The position numbers and the translations under genes were made by a program. A stretch of 64,000 nucleotides of DNA, from positions 16,017-80,016 of the forward strand of contig RPGQ01000024.1 of assembly GCA_004193595.1 (NCBI GenBank), in the 5' to 3' direction. How positions within the stretch are numbered: position 1 is the stretch's first letter; each line of letters opens with the position of its first letter. Under the pieces are notes generated by a model. That model saw nothing but the letters and a program-made list of their open reading frames with translations. It was not told where the DNA came from and did no database searches. Positions 20,785 to 31,572 of the stretch are shown piece by piece. Source of the DNA: Desulfobacteraceae bacterium Eth-SRB2. GTDB lineage: Bacteria; Desulfobacterota; Desulfobacteria; Desulfobacterales; UBA11574.

Positions 20785-21103
20785 AGTTTTTCTCCTTTTT
20801 CTTGCGTTTTTTTAAGCTCCCAATTCTTTTTGAAAAATTTTAACCTGAGTTGAGTGATTTTTTGCGAAGAGACGTGCTGAGATCTTGATGCATAAGGGTT
20901 CGCGAAAACCGCAGGCATACCCGTGGATATGTCGAGGATTTTCGCGGATACTTGATGCGCAAGAGATCGGCGCAGATCGAGTAAAAAATCGCTCAATTTA
21001 GGTTTGAGTATCAATCCAATATCAAAAGGATTAATACTTGTCCATACCTATCACTTAACCGAATAAATCGGCACACGCATCCGTTCGGCATAAAAACATC
21101 TTA

Positions 21104-21796
21104 CTAAACGCTCTTTAAAATCACGATAGACCTTTCAGATTTTAGATACGGGAGTCTATATTTTTTCAGTATAATGTTAAAATTGCTTATGCTGTTTTTC
21201 TGTATGTCAGACCTCTTCTTTATCAGTGATAGCGTGGATTCTATTTTCTTGACAGACATTTTCCCCTTCATGGCTATTATAAATCCATCTTTTGAAAGCA
21301 ACGGCAATGATATCTGAACGAAATTGACCATGGAGGATAAGGCGCGGCTTATGATAACATCATAAGTATTATTAGAGATAAAATCCCCGGACAGAGCCTC
21401 CGCCCGGACATGACAAGCCTCAATATTATCAAGACCGAGCATTCTGATCACATGTTTCAAAAAATTGACTTTTTTTCTGGAGGCATCAATAAGAGTAACC
21501 GATAAAGACGGTATCATGATCTTAAGTGGAATCCCGGGGAATCCGCCGCCCGAACCCATATCGAGTAAAGAGATATCCGGAGGAATAATCGGGGCCGGTG
21601 CTATGGAATCCAGAAAATGTTTTACCGCAATCTCCAAAGGATCGCAAATGGCAGTCAGGTTGATCTTTCGGGTCCATTTTAAAAGTTCAACGGCATGAAT
21701 TCCAAATTGATCTATTTTTTCCTGATCAATTTGGATTTCAAGATCTTTGGCCCCGTCATATATAACATTCTTCCACTTTCTTGAGCCGATCTGCAT
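21104..21796 (-). CDS. rsmG: 16S rRNA (guanine527-N7)-methyltransferase
   Basis: SAM motif LLDMGSGGGFPGIPL...VTLIDASRKKVNFL. The ORF-track start at 21802 is TTG. The ATG at 21794-21796 is preferred. Confidence 0.83.
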   Translation of the reverse strand: MQIGSRKWKNVIYDGAKDLEIQIDQEKIDQFGIHAVELLKWTRKINLTAICDPLEIAVKHFLDSIAPAPIIPPDISLLDMGSGGGFPGIPLKIMIPSLSVTLIDASRKKVNFLKHVIRMLGLDNIEACHVRAEALSGDFISNNTYDVIISRALSSMVNFVQISLPLLSKDGFIIAMKGKMSVKKIESTLSLIKKRSDIQKNSISNFNIILKKYRLPYLKSERSIVILKSV

Positions 21797-21834
21797 AACC
21801 AATCACTCATTATCCATTTTTATTGACCTAACCT

Positions 21835-22140
21835 TTTCAGATTGATATTAAAAACAAGTTAGTTCGCTTTGCCCCGCCTGCCATTGCAAGGCACGAGTGG
21901 GCAGGTCACAATTGGAATGTTGGAACACTGGAATATTGGGTTCTGGGAAAATGGAAAGTTGGGTTATTGCAAAATTTCTATTGACGGGAATTAAATAGAG
22001 GAATGTCATCTTCTTTAAATCATCATTCCATTATTCCATTATTCCATTATTCCATGTCCGAGTTAAAAGTATAAGCCTAAAAGATATCTTTAATTTCAAG
22101 AGATTGTAGAATTTCCAAGACGTTAAATTAACATTTTCGA
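21835..22140. repeat. intergenic repeat family 3, long copy (contains (CCATTATT)x3.5 tandem and degenerate TGGAA-like repeats)
   Basis: Shares ends with 44172-44311 (aagttagttcgct...cacaattggaatg / tccgagttaaaaRtataag.ctaaaa...aattaacat). Tandem cattccattattccattattccattattccatg at 22023-22056. Confidence 0.55.
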
Positions 22141-22307
22141 TTGAAGCCTGCCCGGGTGCGACTTGACTGCCAAACATCCATGGCCCTGTAATAATTCGCA
22201 GTATTCGGCATAAGCACCCATGTAAATTAATCAGGTCCGGGCCGGGGATTGAATAGTTCAGGGAAATAGATAATTTTTCAATTTTTAATGTGCTTACGGG
22301 AATTATA

Positions 22308-22658
22308 ATGAAAATCATACACTATTCTGAAGCAAAACCCAAGCGTTTCGATGCGGATACCGTAAAAGGTGTTACGGGACGTTTGGTAATCGGCAAATCT
22401 GACGGAGCTAATAATTTTTGCATGCGATTTTTTGAATTGTCCGAAGGTGGCTATTCTCCAAAACATTCACATGAATGGGAGCATGAGATAATCATTCATT
22501 CAGGCAACGGTGAAGTATTATCCCAGGGCAAATGGACACCTGTAACCCAAGGCCATGTTATTTTTATACCCGGCAATGAGGAGCACCAGATAAGAAATGC
22601 AAGTGAAGACACCTTGGTTTTTGCCTGTCTGATTCCTTCCGGGGTTCCCGAGTTATAA
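22308..22658 (+). CDS. cupin domain protein
   Basis: Cupin motifs HSHEWEHEIIIHSGNGEV and HVIFIPGNEEHQIRN. The ORF-track start at 22290 is GTG. The ATG at 22308 is preferred. Confidence 0.7.
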   Translation: MKIIHYSEAKPKRFDADTVKGVTGRLVIGKSDGANNFCMRFFELSEGGYSPKHSHEWEHEIIIHSGNGEVLSQGKWTPVTQGHVIFIPGNEEHQIRNASEDTLVFACLIPSGVPEL

Positions 22659-22943
22659 CAAAGCGATAACCATTATTGCAAAAAATGTTTCCTATGAAAC
22701 ATGATGAACTCGTAAAAAGTCCGATTTAGACGGTTTCGTAAAAAGTTCAAATTCCCCCGCCAAACATAGGCGGGATAAAAAGGCGTTGCAAATTTTGTAA
22801 TCATGAGGCGTACTTTTCGTACGTTGAATGATTGCGAAATGCAGCACAACGCAGAAGTTGGACTTTTTACGAGACCGTCAAACATAAATAGTTCTTATCC
22901 AAAGTATAGATCCTCCTTAAAATATCAAATTTGGAGGAACACT

Positions 22944-23699
22944 ATGAAAACTTTTAAGTCATCCGGGACGTTCAGACCCTTTGAAGAACTCAAAGAACTG
23001 CTTGAAAAAAAATCATTAAAATCTGTGCCTTCCTCCGTTGACAATGCGGACAAGGGAATTTTCAAAACCTGCGATAGCAAAAATGGCGTTTCCAAACCCG
23101 ATGAAAATATATCCAATAAACAACCATCTGAAAATGAACTCTTTTTGGAGGCCATGGCAAACGTTACGCCGATTCCCAGAGGAGACCGGATAGAACACAG
23201 TTTCATATCCGGGCCACCTGCCGGCTCTGATCATGATTCTGAAAATGAAACCTTGCTTAAGCTGAATAATCTTGTGAAATTCGGAACAGGTTTTGTTGTT
23301 GCCGATACTCCGGAATATATCGAAGGTCGGGGATATAATGTTCATCCTGAGATTACAAAACGACTGCACAAAGGAGATTTTTCAATACAGGCGTATATCG
23401 ATCTCCACGGACTCGGGGTGGAAGACGCCCGGAATGCTTTTGAAATGTTTTTAACAGATTCCATAACAACCGGTACAAAGGCTGTTCTGATTGTACACGG
23501 CCGCGGCCTTTCCTCGCCTGACAAGCCGGTCTTAAAAACCAGTGTTATCCAATGGCTTACCTGCGGGCCCTGGCGAAAGTGGGTTATCGCCTTTACAAGT
23601 GCAAGATCCTGTGACGGCGGTGCAGGGGCAACCTATGTGCTTCTCCGGCAGCGGCCCATGACAAAACGCAACAGGAAGGGAGCTTTCAAAACACGTTAG
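22944..23699 (+). CDS. Smr domain protein
   Basis: Smr motif IDLHGLGVEDARNAFEMFL...AVLIVHGRG. GGAGG RBS before the ATG at 22944. The longer ORF-track start at 22803 lacks an RBS. Confidence 0.72.
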   Translation: MKTFKSSGTFRPFEELKELLEKKSLKSVPSSVDNADKGIFKTCDSKNGVSKPDENISNKQPSENELFLEAMANVTPIPRGDRIEHSFISGPPAGSDHDSENETLLKLNNLVKFGTGFVVADTPEYIEGRGYNVHPEITKRLHKGDFSIQAYIDLHGLGVEDARNAFEMFLTDSITTGTKAVLIVHGRGLSSPDKPVLKTSVIQWLTCGPWRKWVIAFTSARSCDGGAGATYVLLRQRPMTKRNRKGAFKTR

Positions 23700-23911
23700 C
23701 TTGTTGAAAATATTGCCGCTCATTCCAGACCAAATTGTTCCAAAGGATAAACCTATTACATCATTATAGATAAGAATTCCTTGACAAACACATTTTTGCA
23801 ATTATTTTGCACCGTACCCATTTAAAAAAAATATCAATCTAAAATCCCCCATATGCCGCATTTCTTCCAAATGAGGGTTTTTTATTTAAAAAACAGAAAA
23901 GAACCCATACA

Positions 23912-25996
23912 ATGAAAAACGCTATTAACAAGGTCAGAAATATAGGAATCAGCGCGCACATTGATTCCGGAAAAACGACACTCACTGAAAGAATCCTTTT
24001 TTTCACAAAAAGAATACATGCTATCCACGATGTAAAAGGGAAAGATGGTGTTGGCGCAACCATGGATTCCATGGATCTTGAAAAAGAACGAGGCATCACT
24101 ATTGCTTCAGCCGCAACTTACTGTGAATGGCTTGGCCATGAAATCAATATTATTGATACTCCGGGACATGTTGACTTTACCATAGAAGTTGAGCGGTCTT
24201 TAAGGGTCCTTGACGGCGCCATACTGGTTCTGTGCGCTGTAGGCGGTGTTCAGTCCCAATCCATCACTGTTGACCATCAGATGAAACGGTATAAAGTGCC
24301 CTGTATCGCTTTTATCAACAAATGTGACCGGAGCGGCGCCAATCCCTCTCGGGTCATTGATCAGCTCAAAAGAAAACTGGGACACAATGCGATTCCCCTG
24401 CAGATTCCCATCGGGCTCGAAGCCGATCATCAAGGAGTTGTCGATCTGGTATCAATGAAAGCTATCTACTTTGACGGTGCAAACGGAGAAGATGTTCGAA
24501 TCGCAAATATACCACAGGATCTTCTTCAGGAAGCCATTCAAAGGCGGGAAGACCTTATCGATGCGGCCTCCATGTTTTCAGACGAATTGACTGAAGCGGT
24601 TCTTGAAGAACAAGAGGTTACCGAAGAGATGATTATTTCGGCGGTGCGCATGGGAACCCTGACGCGCCAAATAACACCGGTATTCATGGGATCGGCTTAT
24701 AAAAATAAAGGGGTTCAACCGCTTCTTGAAGCTATTACTAAACTGCTCCCCTGCCCTTATGATGTAAAAAATGAGGCTCTTGACATGGATAATGGCGAAA
24801 CGCCCGTTACCCTGTCCGGTGAATTGAAGAAACCGTTTGTTGCCCTGGCCTTCAAACTCGAAGAGGGACAATATGGTCAATTAACTTACATAAGAGTATA
24901 TCAGGGCTCCCTTTCCAAAGGCAATACCATCGTCAATGTCCGAAACGGGAAAAAAATCAAGGTCGGCAGGGTTGTCCGCATGCACGCAGACCAGATGGAA
25001 GACATTGAAACCATCCCGGCGGGATACATCGGCGCCCTTTTCGGAATTGACTGTTCTTCCGGAGACACTTTTGTCAGTCCGGGTCTCAATCTGGCAATGA
25101 CATCCATGTTTGTCCCCGAGCCTGTTATTTCCCTTGCCATTGTTCCCAAAGACAACACATCCCAGATAAATATGTCCAAGGCCCTGAACCGGTTCAGCAA
25201 AGAGGACCCCACGTTCAGAACCTATGTTGACGATGAAACCAAAGATACCATTATTGAAGGAATGGGTGAACTTCACCTTGAGGTCTATGTGGAGCGAATG
25301 CGCCGTGAATATGCCGCCGAAGTTGCTACCGGAAAACCGCGTGTCGCTTACAGGGAAACCATAACCCGAATAGGTGAATTCGACTATACTCATAAAAAAC
25401 AAACCGGCGGCGCCGGACAATACGGTCGCGTGACCGGTTATATGGAACCGATCACCGAAACCGAACTGGTCTTCGAGAATAAAATCGTGGGGGGCCGTAT
25501 TCCAACCCAATTTATCGCTTCATGCGAAAAGGGATTCAGACAATGCATGATAAAAGGGCCAAAAATGGAATTTCCGGTTACCGGCATTAAAGTGGTAATC
25601 AATGATGGGGCTTCCCACTCGGTGGATTCATCTGAAATGGCGTTCATGGCAGCAGCCCGGGGAGCCTTTCGTGAAGGGTATTCCAAGGCCGGGCCGGTGA
25701 TTCATGAGCCGATCATGAAAGTGGCCGTGGAAACACCGTCCGAGTTCCAGGGTGCTGTTATGGCGCTTTTAAACCAACGCCGTGGAATAATTGTCGGTTC
25801 TCAGGATGAAGGCCCTCTGTCCGTTGTTGAAGCCCGGGTTCCCCTTGCTGAAATGTTTGGTTTTTCAACCGTCTTAAGGTCATCCTCACAAGGCAAAGCC
25901 CAGTTTACCATGGAATTGAGTTCTTACAAACAGGTGCCCAAATCCATTGCCGAGGAACTGGCCAAAAAGGCGGAAAAAGAAAAGAAAGGAAAATGA
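23912..25996 (+). CDS. fusA: elongation factor G (EF-G family GTPase, possibly an EF-G2-type paralog)
   Basis: G1 [10 protein letters not shown]3 [12 protein letters not shown]. Full five-domain length (694 aa). Not flanked by rpsG/tuf, so paralog status is inferred. Confidence 0.9.
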   Translation: MKNAINKVRNIGISAHIDSGKTTLTERILFFTKRIHAIHDVKGKDGVGATMDSMDLEKERGITIASAATYCEWLGHEINIIDTPGHVDFTIEVERSLRVLDGAILVLCAVGGVQSQSITVDHQMKRYKVPCIAFINKCDRSGANPSRVIDQLKRKLGHNAIPLQIPIGLEADHQGVVDLVSMKAIYFDGANGEDVRIANIPQDLLQEAIQRREDLIDAASMFSDELTEAVLEEQEVTEEMIISAVRMGTLTRQITPVFMGSAYKNKGVQPLLEAITKLLPCPYDVKNEALDMDNGETPVTLSGELKKPFVALAFKLEEGQYGQLTYIRVYQGSLSKGNTIVNVRNGKKIKVGRVVRMHADQMEDIETIPAGYIGALFGIDCSSGDTFVSPGLNLAMTSMFVPEPVISLAIVPKDNTSQINMSKALNRFSKEDPTFRTYVDDETKDTIIEGMGELHLEVYVERMRREYAAEVATGKPRVAYRETITRIGEFDYTHKKQTGGAGQYGRVTGYMEPITETELVFENKIVGGRIPTQFIASCEKGFRQCMIKGPKMEFPVTGIKVVINDGASHSVDSSEMAFMAAARGAFREGYSKAGPVIHEPIMKVAVETPSEFQGAVMALLNQRRGIIVGSQDEGPLSVVEARVPLAEMFGFSTVLRSSSQGKAQFTMELSSYKQVPKSIAEELAKKAEKEKKGK

Positions 25997-26700
25997 TTAT
26001 GCTAAAAAAGGAGCTTATCCTCCAAAACCCTTTAAGGTTCATCGGAGACGAAACCGAAGATATCCTTCCTGAAGGAGGCTTTGGTGCCGTTCTTGCACGT
26101 GCGGGAGTCGGTAAAACTGCACTGCTGGTTCAGCTGGCTTTACATACACTTTTAATAGGGAGAAATGTTCTTCATATCAGCCTCGACGATCCGGTCAATA
26201 AAATTAGTCTGTGGTATAAAGAGGTCTTCCGCCATCTAACCAAATCATACGATGCCAAAAATACAAACAAGCTATGGGAAGACTTATTGCCGTACCGGTT
26301 CATTATGACGTTCAAAGTTGAGGGGTTTAGTGTGCCCAAACTTGAAGAAAGGCTGACCGACCTGAAGGAACAGAATATTTTTTCACCTCAGATGGTTTTA
26401 ATCGACGGGTTTCACTTTGACGAAAGCGCAAGAACATCCCTTTCTGAATTTAAGAAACTTGCCAAAAACCATTCCTTGCATGTCTGGTTTTCCGTGAAGA
26501 CCCATCGTCATAAAAAATCCGGACCGGTCGGCATGCCGTCTCCGCTTTTGGATGTCCCCGACCTGTTCGACATTGTGATTCAGCTCCAGCCTGAAGGCAA
26601 AAAAATCCATGTGATAACACTAAAGGGAGGACCGGTCGATTCCGACCGGCCGGCTTTGTTTCTTGACCCTGCGACAATGCTTGTAAAAGATACGACCTAA
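25993..26700 (+). CDS. RecA-superfamily (KaiC/RadA-like) single-domain P-loop ATPase
   Basis: Walker A-like [13 protein letters not shown] followed by HISLDD. The start overlaps the EF-G stop (ATGA). Confidence 0.5.
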   Translation: MIMLKKELILQNPLRFIGDETEDILPEGGFGAVLARAGVGKTALLVQLALHTLLIGRNVLHISLDDPVNKISLWYKEVFRHLTKSYDAKNTNKLWEDLLPYRFIMTFKVEGFSVPKLEERLTDLKEQNIFSPQMVLIDGFHFDESARTSLSEFKKLAKNHSLHVWFSVKTHRHKKSGPVGMPSPLLDVPDLFDIVIQLQPEGKKIHVITLKGGPVDSDRPALFLDPATMLVKDTT

Positions 26701-26854
26701 TCCGGACAAGCCGAAATGAAAGTATTGAAAATTTAATATTGAAAATTGACTATTTATACAGGTCGTTTCGGTTAACGGTTTTTATTTATGTTTGTCCTGC
26801 TAAAATTCTAAGAATTCCTTAACTATTCAATCTTCAATTGAAAATATTCAATTA

Positions 26855-27694
26855 TTAGTGTGGCAGGAAACCATATTTTTGATATATTTTTTGGGCGGAT
26901 GAGGATCTAATAAAATCAAGGAATTTCTTTGCATTCTCAGGGTGGGGAGCATTTATTAATTTGCATACATAATAATTTATATTTTTTCTCTGATCCAAAT
27001 CTTCACCAGGCTCCACCGCATCAAAGGCAAGGCCCGTTGACTTTGCATGTATTATTTCTGTTGCCCAGACCGGCCCCACATCCACTGTTTTTTTTGAAAT
27101 CCTCAACGGAGTTTCTCTGTGATGGACAACCGTAAAAATGGTGGTCCCCTGTTCACGCTTTTCCTCCATAATTCGATGAACAAGGTCATCGTCGCCGGCC
27201 TGCCGGTACATATCTATAATATGGAAAGCGATATCTTCATTTTCAGGGTCCGGCTGTGAAATTCGGATATTGTCCCCGGCCAACTCCGCAACAGATGTTA
27301 TGCCGGCGGGGTTTCCTTCCGGGACCATCAGTGCCAGTCTATTGTGCAGGTAAAGGTGGTAATCACCCATATGAATATGACCGGACCGTTCAAGGGAATT
27401 CATGGCTTTTTCATTAACCGAAGTGTAAATGTCAGGGGTAACGTCCAGGATTTTATCTTTAAACACAGCACCGCCGGATAAAATCTGTTTGAGTTCAAGT
27501 CCCGGTGGAAGAGTTTCGTAAAAAATTTTTTCCACATCCGGATGTTCCTTTTGAAAGATAGAGATTATCTCTTTCATCGCCATAAACTGATTTCCGGCCA
27601 TAAACAATACAAGGTCTGAAGAATCTGCAATCTCCAGATTATGAAGGTCGTCTCCTCTTTCAGACGGGATTATCGGAAGATCTTTTTTGTCCAT
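26855..27694 (-). CDS. periplasmic-binding-protein-fold protein (ModA/WtpA-like molybdate/tungstate-binding family), no signal peptide seen
   Basis: ModA-like N-terminal strand LVLFMAGNQF..A. C-terminal AQKIYQKYGF. 279 aa. Confidence 0.45.
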   Translation of the reverse strand: MDKKDLPIIPSERGDDLHNLEIADSSDLVLFMAGNQFMAMKEIISIFQKEHPDVEKIFYETLPPGLELKQILSGGAVFKDKILDVTPDIYTSVNEKAMNSLERSGHIHMGDYHLYLHNRLALMVPEGNPAGITSVAELAGDNIRISQPDPENEDIAFHIIDMYRQAGDDDLVHRIMEEKREQGTTIFTVVHHRETPLRISKKTVDVGPVWATEIIHAKSTGLAFDAVEPGEDLDQRKNINYYVCKLINAPHPENAKKFLDFIRSSSAQKIYQKYGFLPH

Positions 27695-27742
27695 AATATT
27701 CCCCCCCGGATACGTTTACGTTTGAAATGATCTAAAGTTCCT

Positions 27743-27925
27743 GAACCGCAAATGCACACTAATGCACACATATAATATTTTTTAATTTGCGTGTATTCGT
27801 GTTCATTCGTGGTTAAAAAAGCCCTTTCATAACAGTGAGCTAAACTTCATAAACCGCAAATGCACACTAATGCACACATATAATATTTTTTAATTTGCGT
27901 GTATTCGTGTCCATTCGTGGTTAAC
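27743..27925. repeat. tandem duplication (2 x 74 nt, period 109 nt) of an imperfectly palindromic module in a divergent promoter region
   Basis: Units 27743-27816 and 27852-27925 differ at one position. Each reads aaccgcaaatgcacactaatgcacaca-TATAAT-attttttaatttgcgtgtattcgtgt(t/c)cattcgtggttaa: internal direct 9-mers (aatgcacac x2; attcgtg x2) around a perfect TATAAT. Confidence 0.7.
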
Positions 27926-27989
27926 CCTGAACCGCTGAACACTTATTATTTTTTTGACACTCAAATCTACTTATCCTATATTTCTTAAC

Positions 27990-29054
27990 ATGAAAATAGC
28001 ATTTATTCATTATCATCTCAAAACCGGCGGTGTAACCACGGTGTTACGGCAACAGGTGGAAACGCTCCGTGATACGTGTGACATGATGGTATTAACCGGC
28101 GCGCCTCCGGAATCGTCCTTTGTTTGCGACACCGTTCATATACCGGGACTGGGTTACGATCGCGGGGATCAAAATAGATCGGACCCCGAAGATATTGCAG
28201 CCGCCATCACCCGGGCGATCCATCTAAAATGGAAAGGCGGATGCGACCTTATCCATGTTCATAACCCCACACTGGCAAAAAACAGGGATTTTTTGAAAAT
28301 TCTCAAAGCGCTCCAAAACAAAAAGATCAAACTTTTTCTTCAGATCCATGATTTTGCGGAAGACGGTCGACCCTTAGTATACTTTTCTGAAGATGAATAT
28401 ATTCAAGACTGCCATTATGGGGTCATTAATTCAAGGGATTACAATATCCTGATCGAATCGGGATTAAAAGAAAAGGGGTTGCATAAAATTTTCAACACCA
28501 TAACTCCTTTTAATTTAAGTGCAAAAGGAGCACCCCCAAAAAACCTGGTTTTGTATCCGATTCGAGCACTCCGGAGAAAAAATATTGGGGAAGCAATTCT
28601 TATCTCCCTGTTTTTCAAAAACAATGAAACCCTTGCAATTACCCTTCCGCCCAACAGCCCGGCAGATCTGGAAAGCCATGCGCAATGGAAGGCGTTTGTA
28701 GAAGAAAAGAATCTGAATGTAATATTTGAAGCAGGTTTATCCCATGAATTTTCAGAACTTGTCATGTCCGCCAGGTTTATTATCACCACAAGTATTACCG
28801 AGGGATTCGGATTTTCATTTCTCGAACCCTGGACTGCAAAAAAAATCCTATGGGGAAGGAATCTACCGGAAATATGCCATGATTTTGAAAAAAAGGGGGT
28901 CTGGTTGGATCACCTTTACACACGTCTGGCGGTTCCCGTGGAATGGCTCGGTAAAGAAAAGTTATTTAGGACCTGGAAGGCGTGCATACGAAAAGCGTGT
29001 TCCCTATTCGGCATAGTTATCGATAACACGAAAATCGCCCAGTCACTTCTTTAA
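27990..29054 (+). CDS. GT-B fold glycosyltransferase (family-4-like)
   Basis: N-terminus MKIAFIHYHLKTGGVTTV. C-terminal region resembles a retaining GT-B nucleotide-sugar domain. The ORF-track start at 27954 is TTG. The ATG at 27990 is preferred. Confidence 0.6.
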   Translation: MKIAFIHYHLKTGGVTTVLRQQVETLRDTCDMMVLTGAPPESSFVCDTVHIPGLGYDRGDQNRSDPEDIAAAITRAIHLKWKGGCDLIHVHNPTLAKNRDFLKILKALQNKKIKLFLQIHDFAEDGRPLVYFSEDEYIQDCHYGVINSRDYNILIESGLKEKGLHKIFNTITPFNLSAKGAPPKNLVLYPIRALRRKNIGEAILISLFFKNNETLAITLPPNSPADLESHAQWKAFVEEKNLNVIFEAGLSHEFSELVMSARFIITTSITEGFGFSFLEPWTAKKILWGRNLPEICHDFEKKGVWLDHLYTRLAVPVEWLGKEKLFRTWKACIRKACSLFGIVIDNTKIAQSLL

Positions 29055-29123
29055 AAATTCTAATAATCGCGCCGAATCTGAGAGAGAAAGCTTTTTGGTT
29101 TTCGATATATTTTTCACCGTATT

Positions 29124-30586
29124 CTACAACGGCAAAACACTTTCAAAGTTTAGCCCTCCTTTGGCACCCGTGTTTACAGCCGCGCCGTTGAATGGTATCC
29201 TGGTTTTTTTCCACCTCATGGTCAAAATCCGCCCTGACTTTGAAAATTTTATTAAATTTTGAATCATGGTTCTGGAGCAGGTGAAAACAGGTGGATAGCC
29301 GCTGAACAAGACAACCTTTGACTTCCAGCGGGGACCGGTTCCGGCCGAAGGGATGATGTGCCGTATCCCAGGCCTGGAAGCAAGATCTTCTATAAAAGGA
29401 GCTTTGTTTCTTGTAACGCACGTTTGAGCGCTTCCCACACGAACGCCGGGTTCATGAGGTGATAATTCGATTTCCATTATCAGACAACCGCCGTTGGCTC
29501 TGGCGGAGAGTGATCCGGCCTGGACCATGGTAAAGTCTTTGTGATAATGGTTCTATATGCTCTTTTTCAATTTGGCCGAAAACATTGTGATGCGTCGGAT
29601 TTGTTTCAAAATAACCGGGGCGCTCTTTTAAAGGATTTTGATCTACCAACACATTGACCTTATAGTTGAAAGAGGTTTGGCATTTGAAACATGAAGCCCT
29701 CAATGGGTGATTTTGCTTCCTGAGAAGATATAAAACTCTTTAACGTTTTCCAGAATATCCTCCTGCAATCTTCGTCCAGAGCAGAATGCTTTGCATCCCT
29801 TGTATTGTTCCTCCTTTACATTATCTATCCGTTGTTTCACTACGAACAAAGGATTTCTTCCATGAGCTTTCAACTTGAGAAGTCATTACCTGGTTGATTT
29901 TATTGCCTCGACCGTATAATGACTTCTGGATTGAACCATACTGATCCTTTCCTCGATTTCGATTTCTGTTTCCTCTGAAGGCCATAAACTCCTCCGGTGA
30001 AATCGGCTTTTCCTTTTTAACAATGGGGATGGTTTGATACCCAATTTTGGTCCTGTTAAGCTGATATTATCTCTTCTTTTCCTTTGCCGACGCTTCGAGC
30101 GCTCTTGAATGACCTTCTTTTGTTGATCAGGAATAGCCTTTTTGGATTTCAGATTGTCTCTGGTGATACGATCTCATGCTCAAAGGCTTTGGGCAACTCT
30201 TTTCAGATCATCAATTAACTTGTTTATTGTTTTACTGAACTGGTTGCTTTGCTCTGTGGGCACGGGCTTCGGTTTTGGGGTGGTATTCATCCTTAAAATT
30301 GCTGACCATGCACCAATCCACGGGTGACGGAAGCGGTTTTTGCTTGCTTGTCGACCAGGTCTCTGATGATGGTAGATTTACCGGTGCCTTCTAATCCTGT
30401 GACAAAAAAATGTTGTAGCCCCGACTTTCTTACATGTTCAGGCCGAAGTTTATGGCTCCGAACCGCCCGTTCCTGTCCGATGACTTCATCCAGGGATTTA
30501 CTTCCGCAGTATTTCTTAAAGGTAAACATCTTGTGATCACATATTGACCTAAGATCCGAAGGCTTTAATTCGCATGTTTTTTCATA
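29124..30586 (-). pseudogene. degraded inverted duplicate of the 5' 60% of the Lon-like protease gene
   Basis: Fragments in three frames match the intact gene at 33619. 30293-30529 matches MFTFK..DEVIGQERAV..FVTGLEGTGKSTIIRDLVDKQAKT. 29452-29703 matches YKVNVLVDQ...FETNPTHHNVFGQIEK. 29143-29421 matches LLQNHDSKFNKIFKVRADFDHEVEKNQDTIQ exactly. The start region has A6 versus A7, which frameshifts it. Confidence 0.78.
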
Positions 30587-31426
30587 ATCTTCTTCTCCTT
30601 AAAAAATAAAAATTCAATAACCGGATAATCATCACAGGGCAATTATAAGGATGTTCTATATTCATATGTTTTTTAAAATTTAGCAAATTATTAAGTTTCA
30701 AGATAATGATGAGGGTGTGATGGAAAGGATACCGGACAGCCTGTCAAGAATTTGTCGATTTTATTTTATTTGCTCACCAAGGTTTTTAACGCGGTTCTTA
30801 TTATAATATTATAACTATAAGGAATTATAATGAAAATATAGATATTTAACATGGGAATGATGCCACTGGCATTTGCTATTGCAAAAATTAAGAAAAGAAG
30901 AATGTCAGCGTATATTTATGAGAAAAATATTGCATATCAACAGATATCGTAGGAGAGGAGACGGTTTGCCAAGCATGGAACCGGTTCAAAAGAAGTCGGC
31001 ACCGATAGATAGACGCCGGAAAGTGAGAGACGGCATAACCCTTAAAGGATTTTGATCGCAGGTAGAACAATGATCCATATTACAGTGGCTCCTGAGAGGC
31101 GTAGCAATATGGATAGAAGAAGTGGGATGGAATAATATGCTGTAAAATAAAATGGTTACCATCGCCCACAAAAGACTTTTACGAATGTTTCAATATTGCT
31201 TTTGCAGGAATCTTTCATATAAATTAAAAAAGCACAAAAATGTGAAAGTAAAGATCCGGGTCCAGAGGGGGCCTGGTTTTTGATTATCCCCAGAGGGATT
31301 TAGTTTGTCGGCATTTAACGATTTTACGAAGTAATGGAGTATTGGAGGGTGGAGTAATGGAAGAAACCCCTTTTCATCGCTCTCAGAAAACAGATCCCTG
31401 AGAAAATCTGAAAATTTAAAGCTCTT
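30587..31426. repeat. left arm (non-coding part) of the about 2.3-kb inverted duplication; mirror of 32781-33618
   Basis: The reverse complement of 30527-31426 aligns almost base-for-base with 32781-33680. A small ORF intact in the right arm is broken here (extra T plus TAG). Confidence 0.8.
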
Positions 31427-31572
31427 TTAAATCAACACTCCAATACTCCATTACCCGGTTGATTTATACGGGCAGAGCCATTGATTCTGACCCCGCAATG
31501 GGACAGGTTAATGGCCCAGCCTCCGCCCATAGGGAGGACCAGGGTTTTAGAACCCAATAAAAAACGGCTAAA

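Noticed and set aside
20800-21100. Structured ncRNA between the CooC-like operon and rsmG (paired cgcgaaaacc / ggattttcgcg, cttgatgc repeats)
   Set aside because: There is only a single imperfect hairpin and repeated words. I cannot assign it to a known family or show covariation.
24881-25510. Antisense ORFs within fusA and gyrA (for example 24881-25510, 46500-46958, 46892-47419) and within the kinase genes (8330-8665)
   Set aside because: They sit opposite well-supported genes. Low-complexity, Ser/Arg-rich translations are typical of antisense frames.
29055-31470. Treating 30873-31055 and 30986-31171 as genes
   Set aside because: They are the broken left-arm mirror of the right-arm small ORF / intergenic region.
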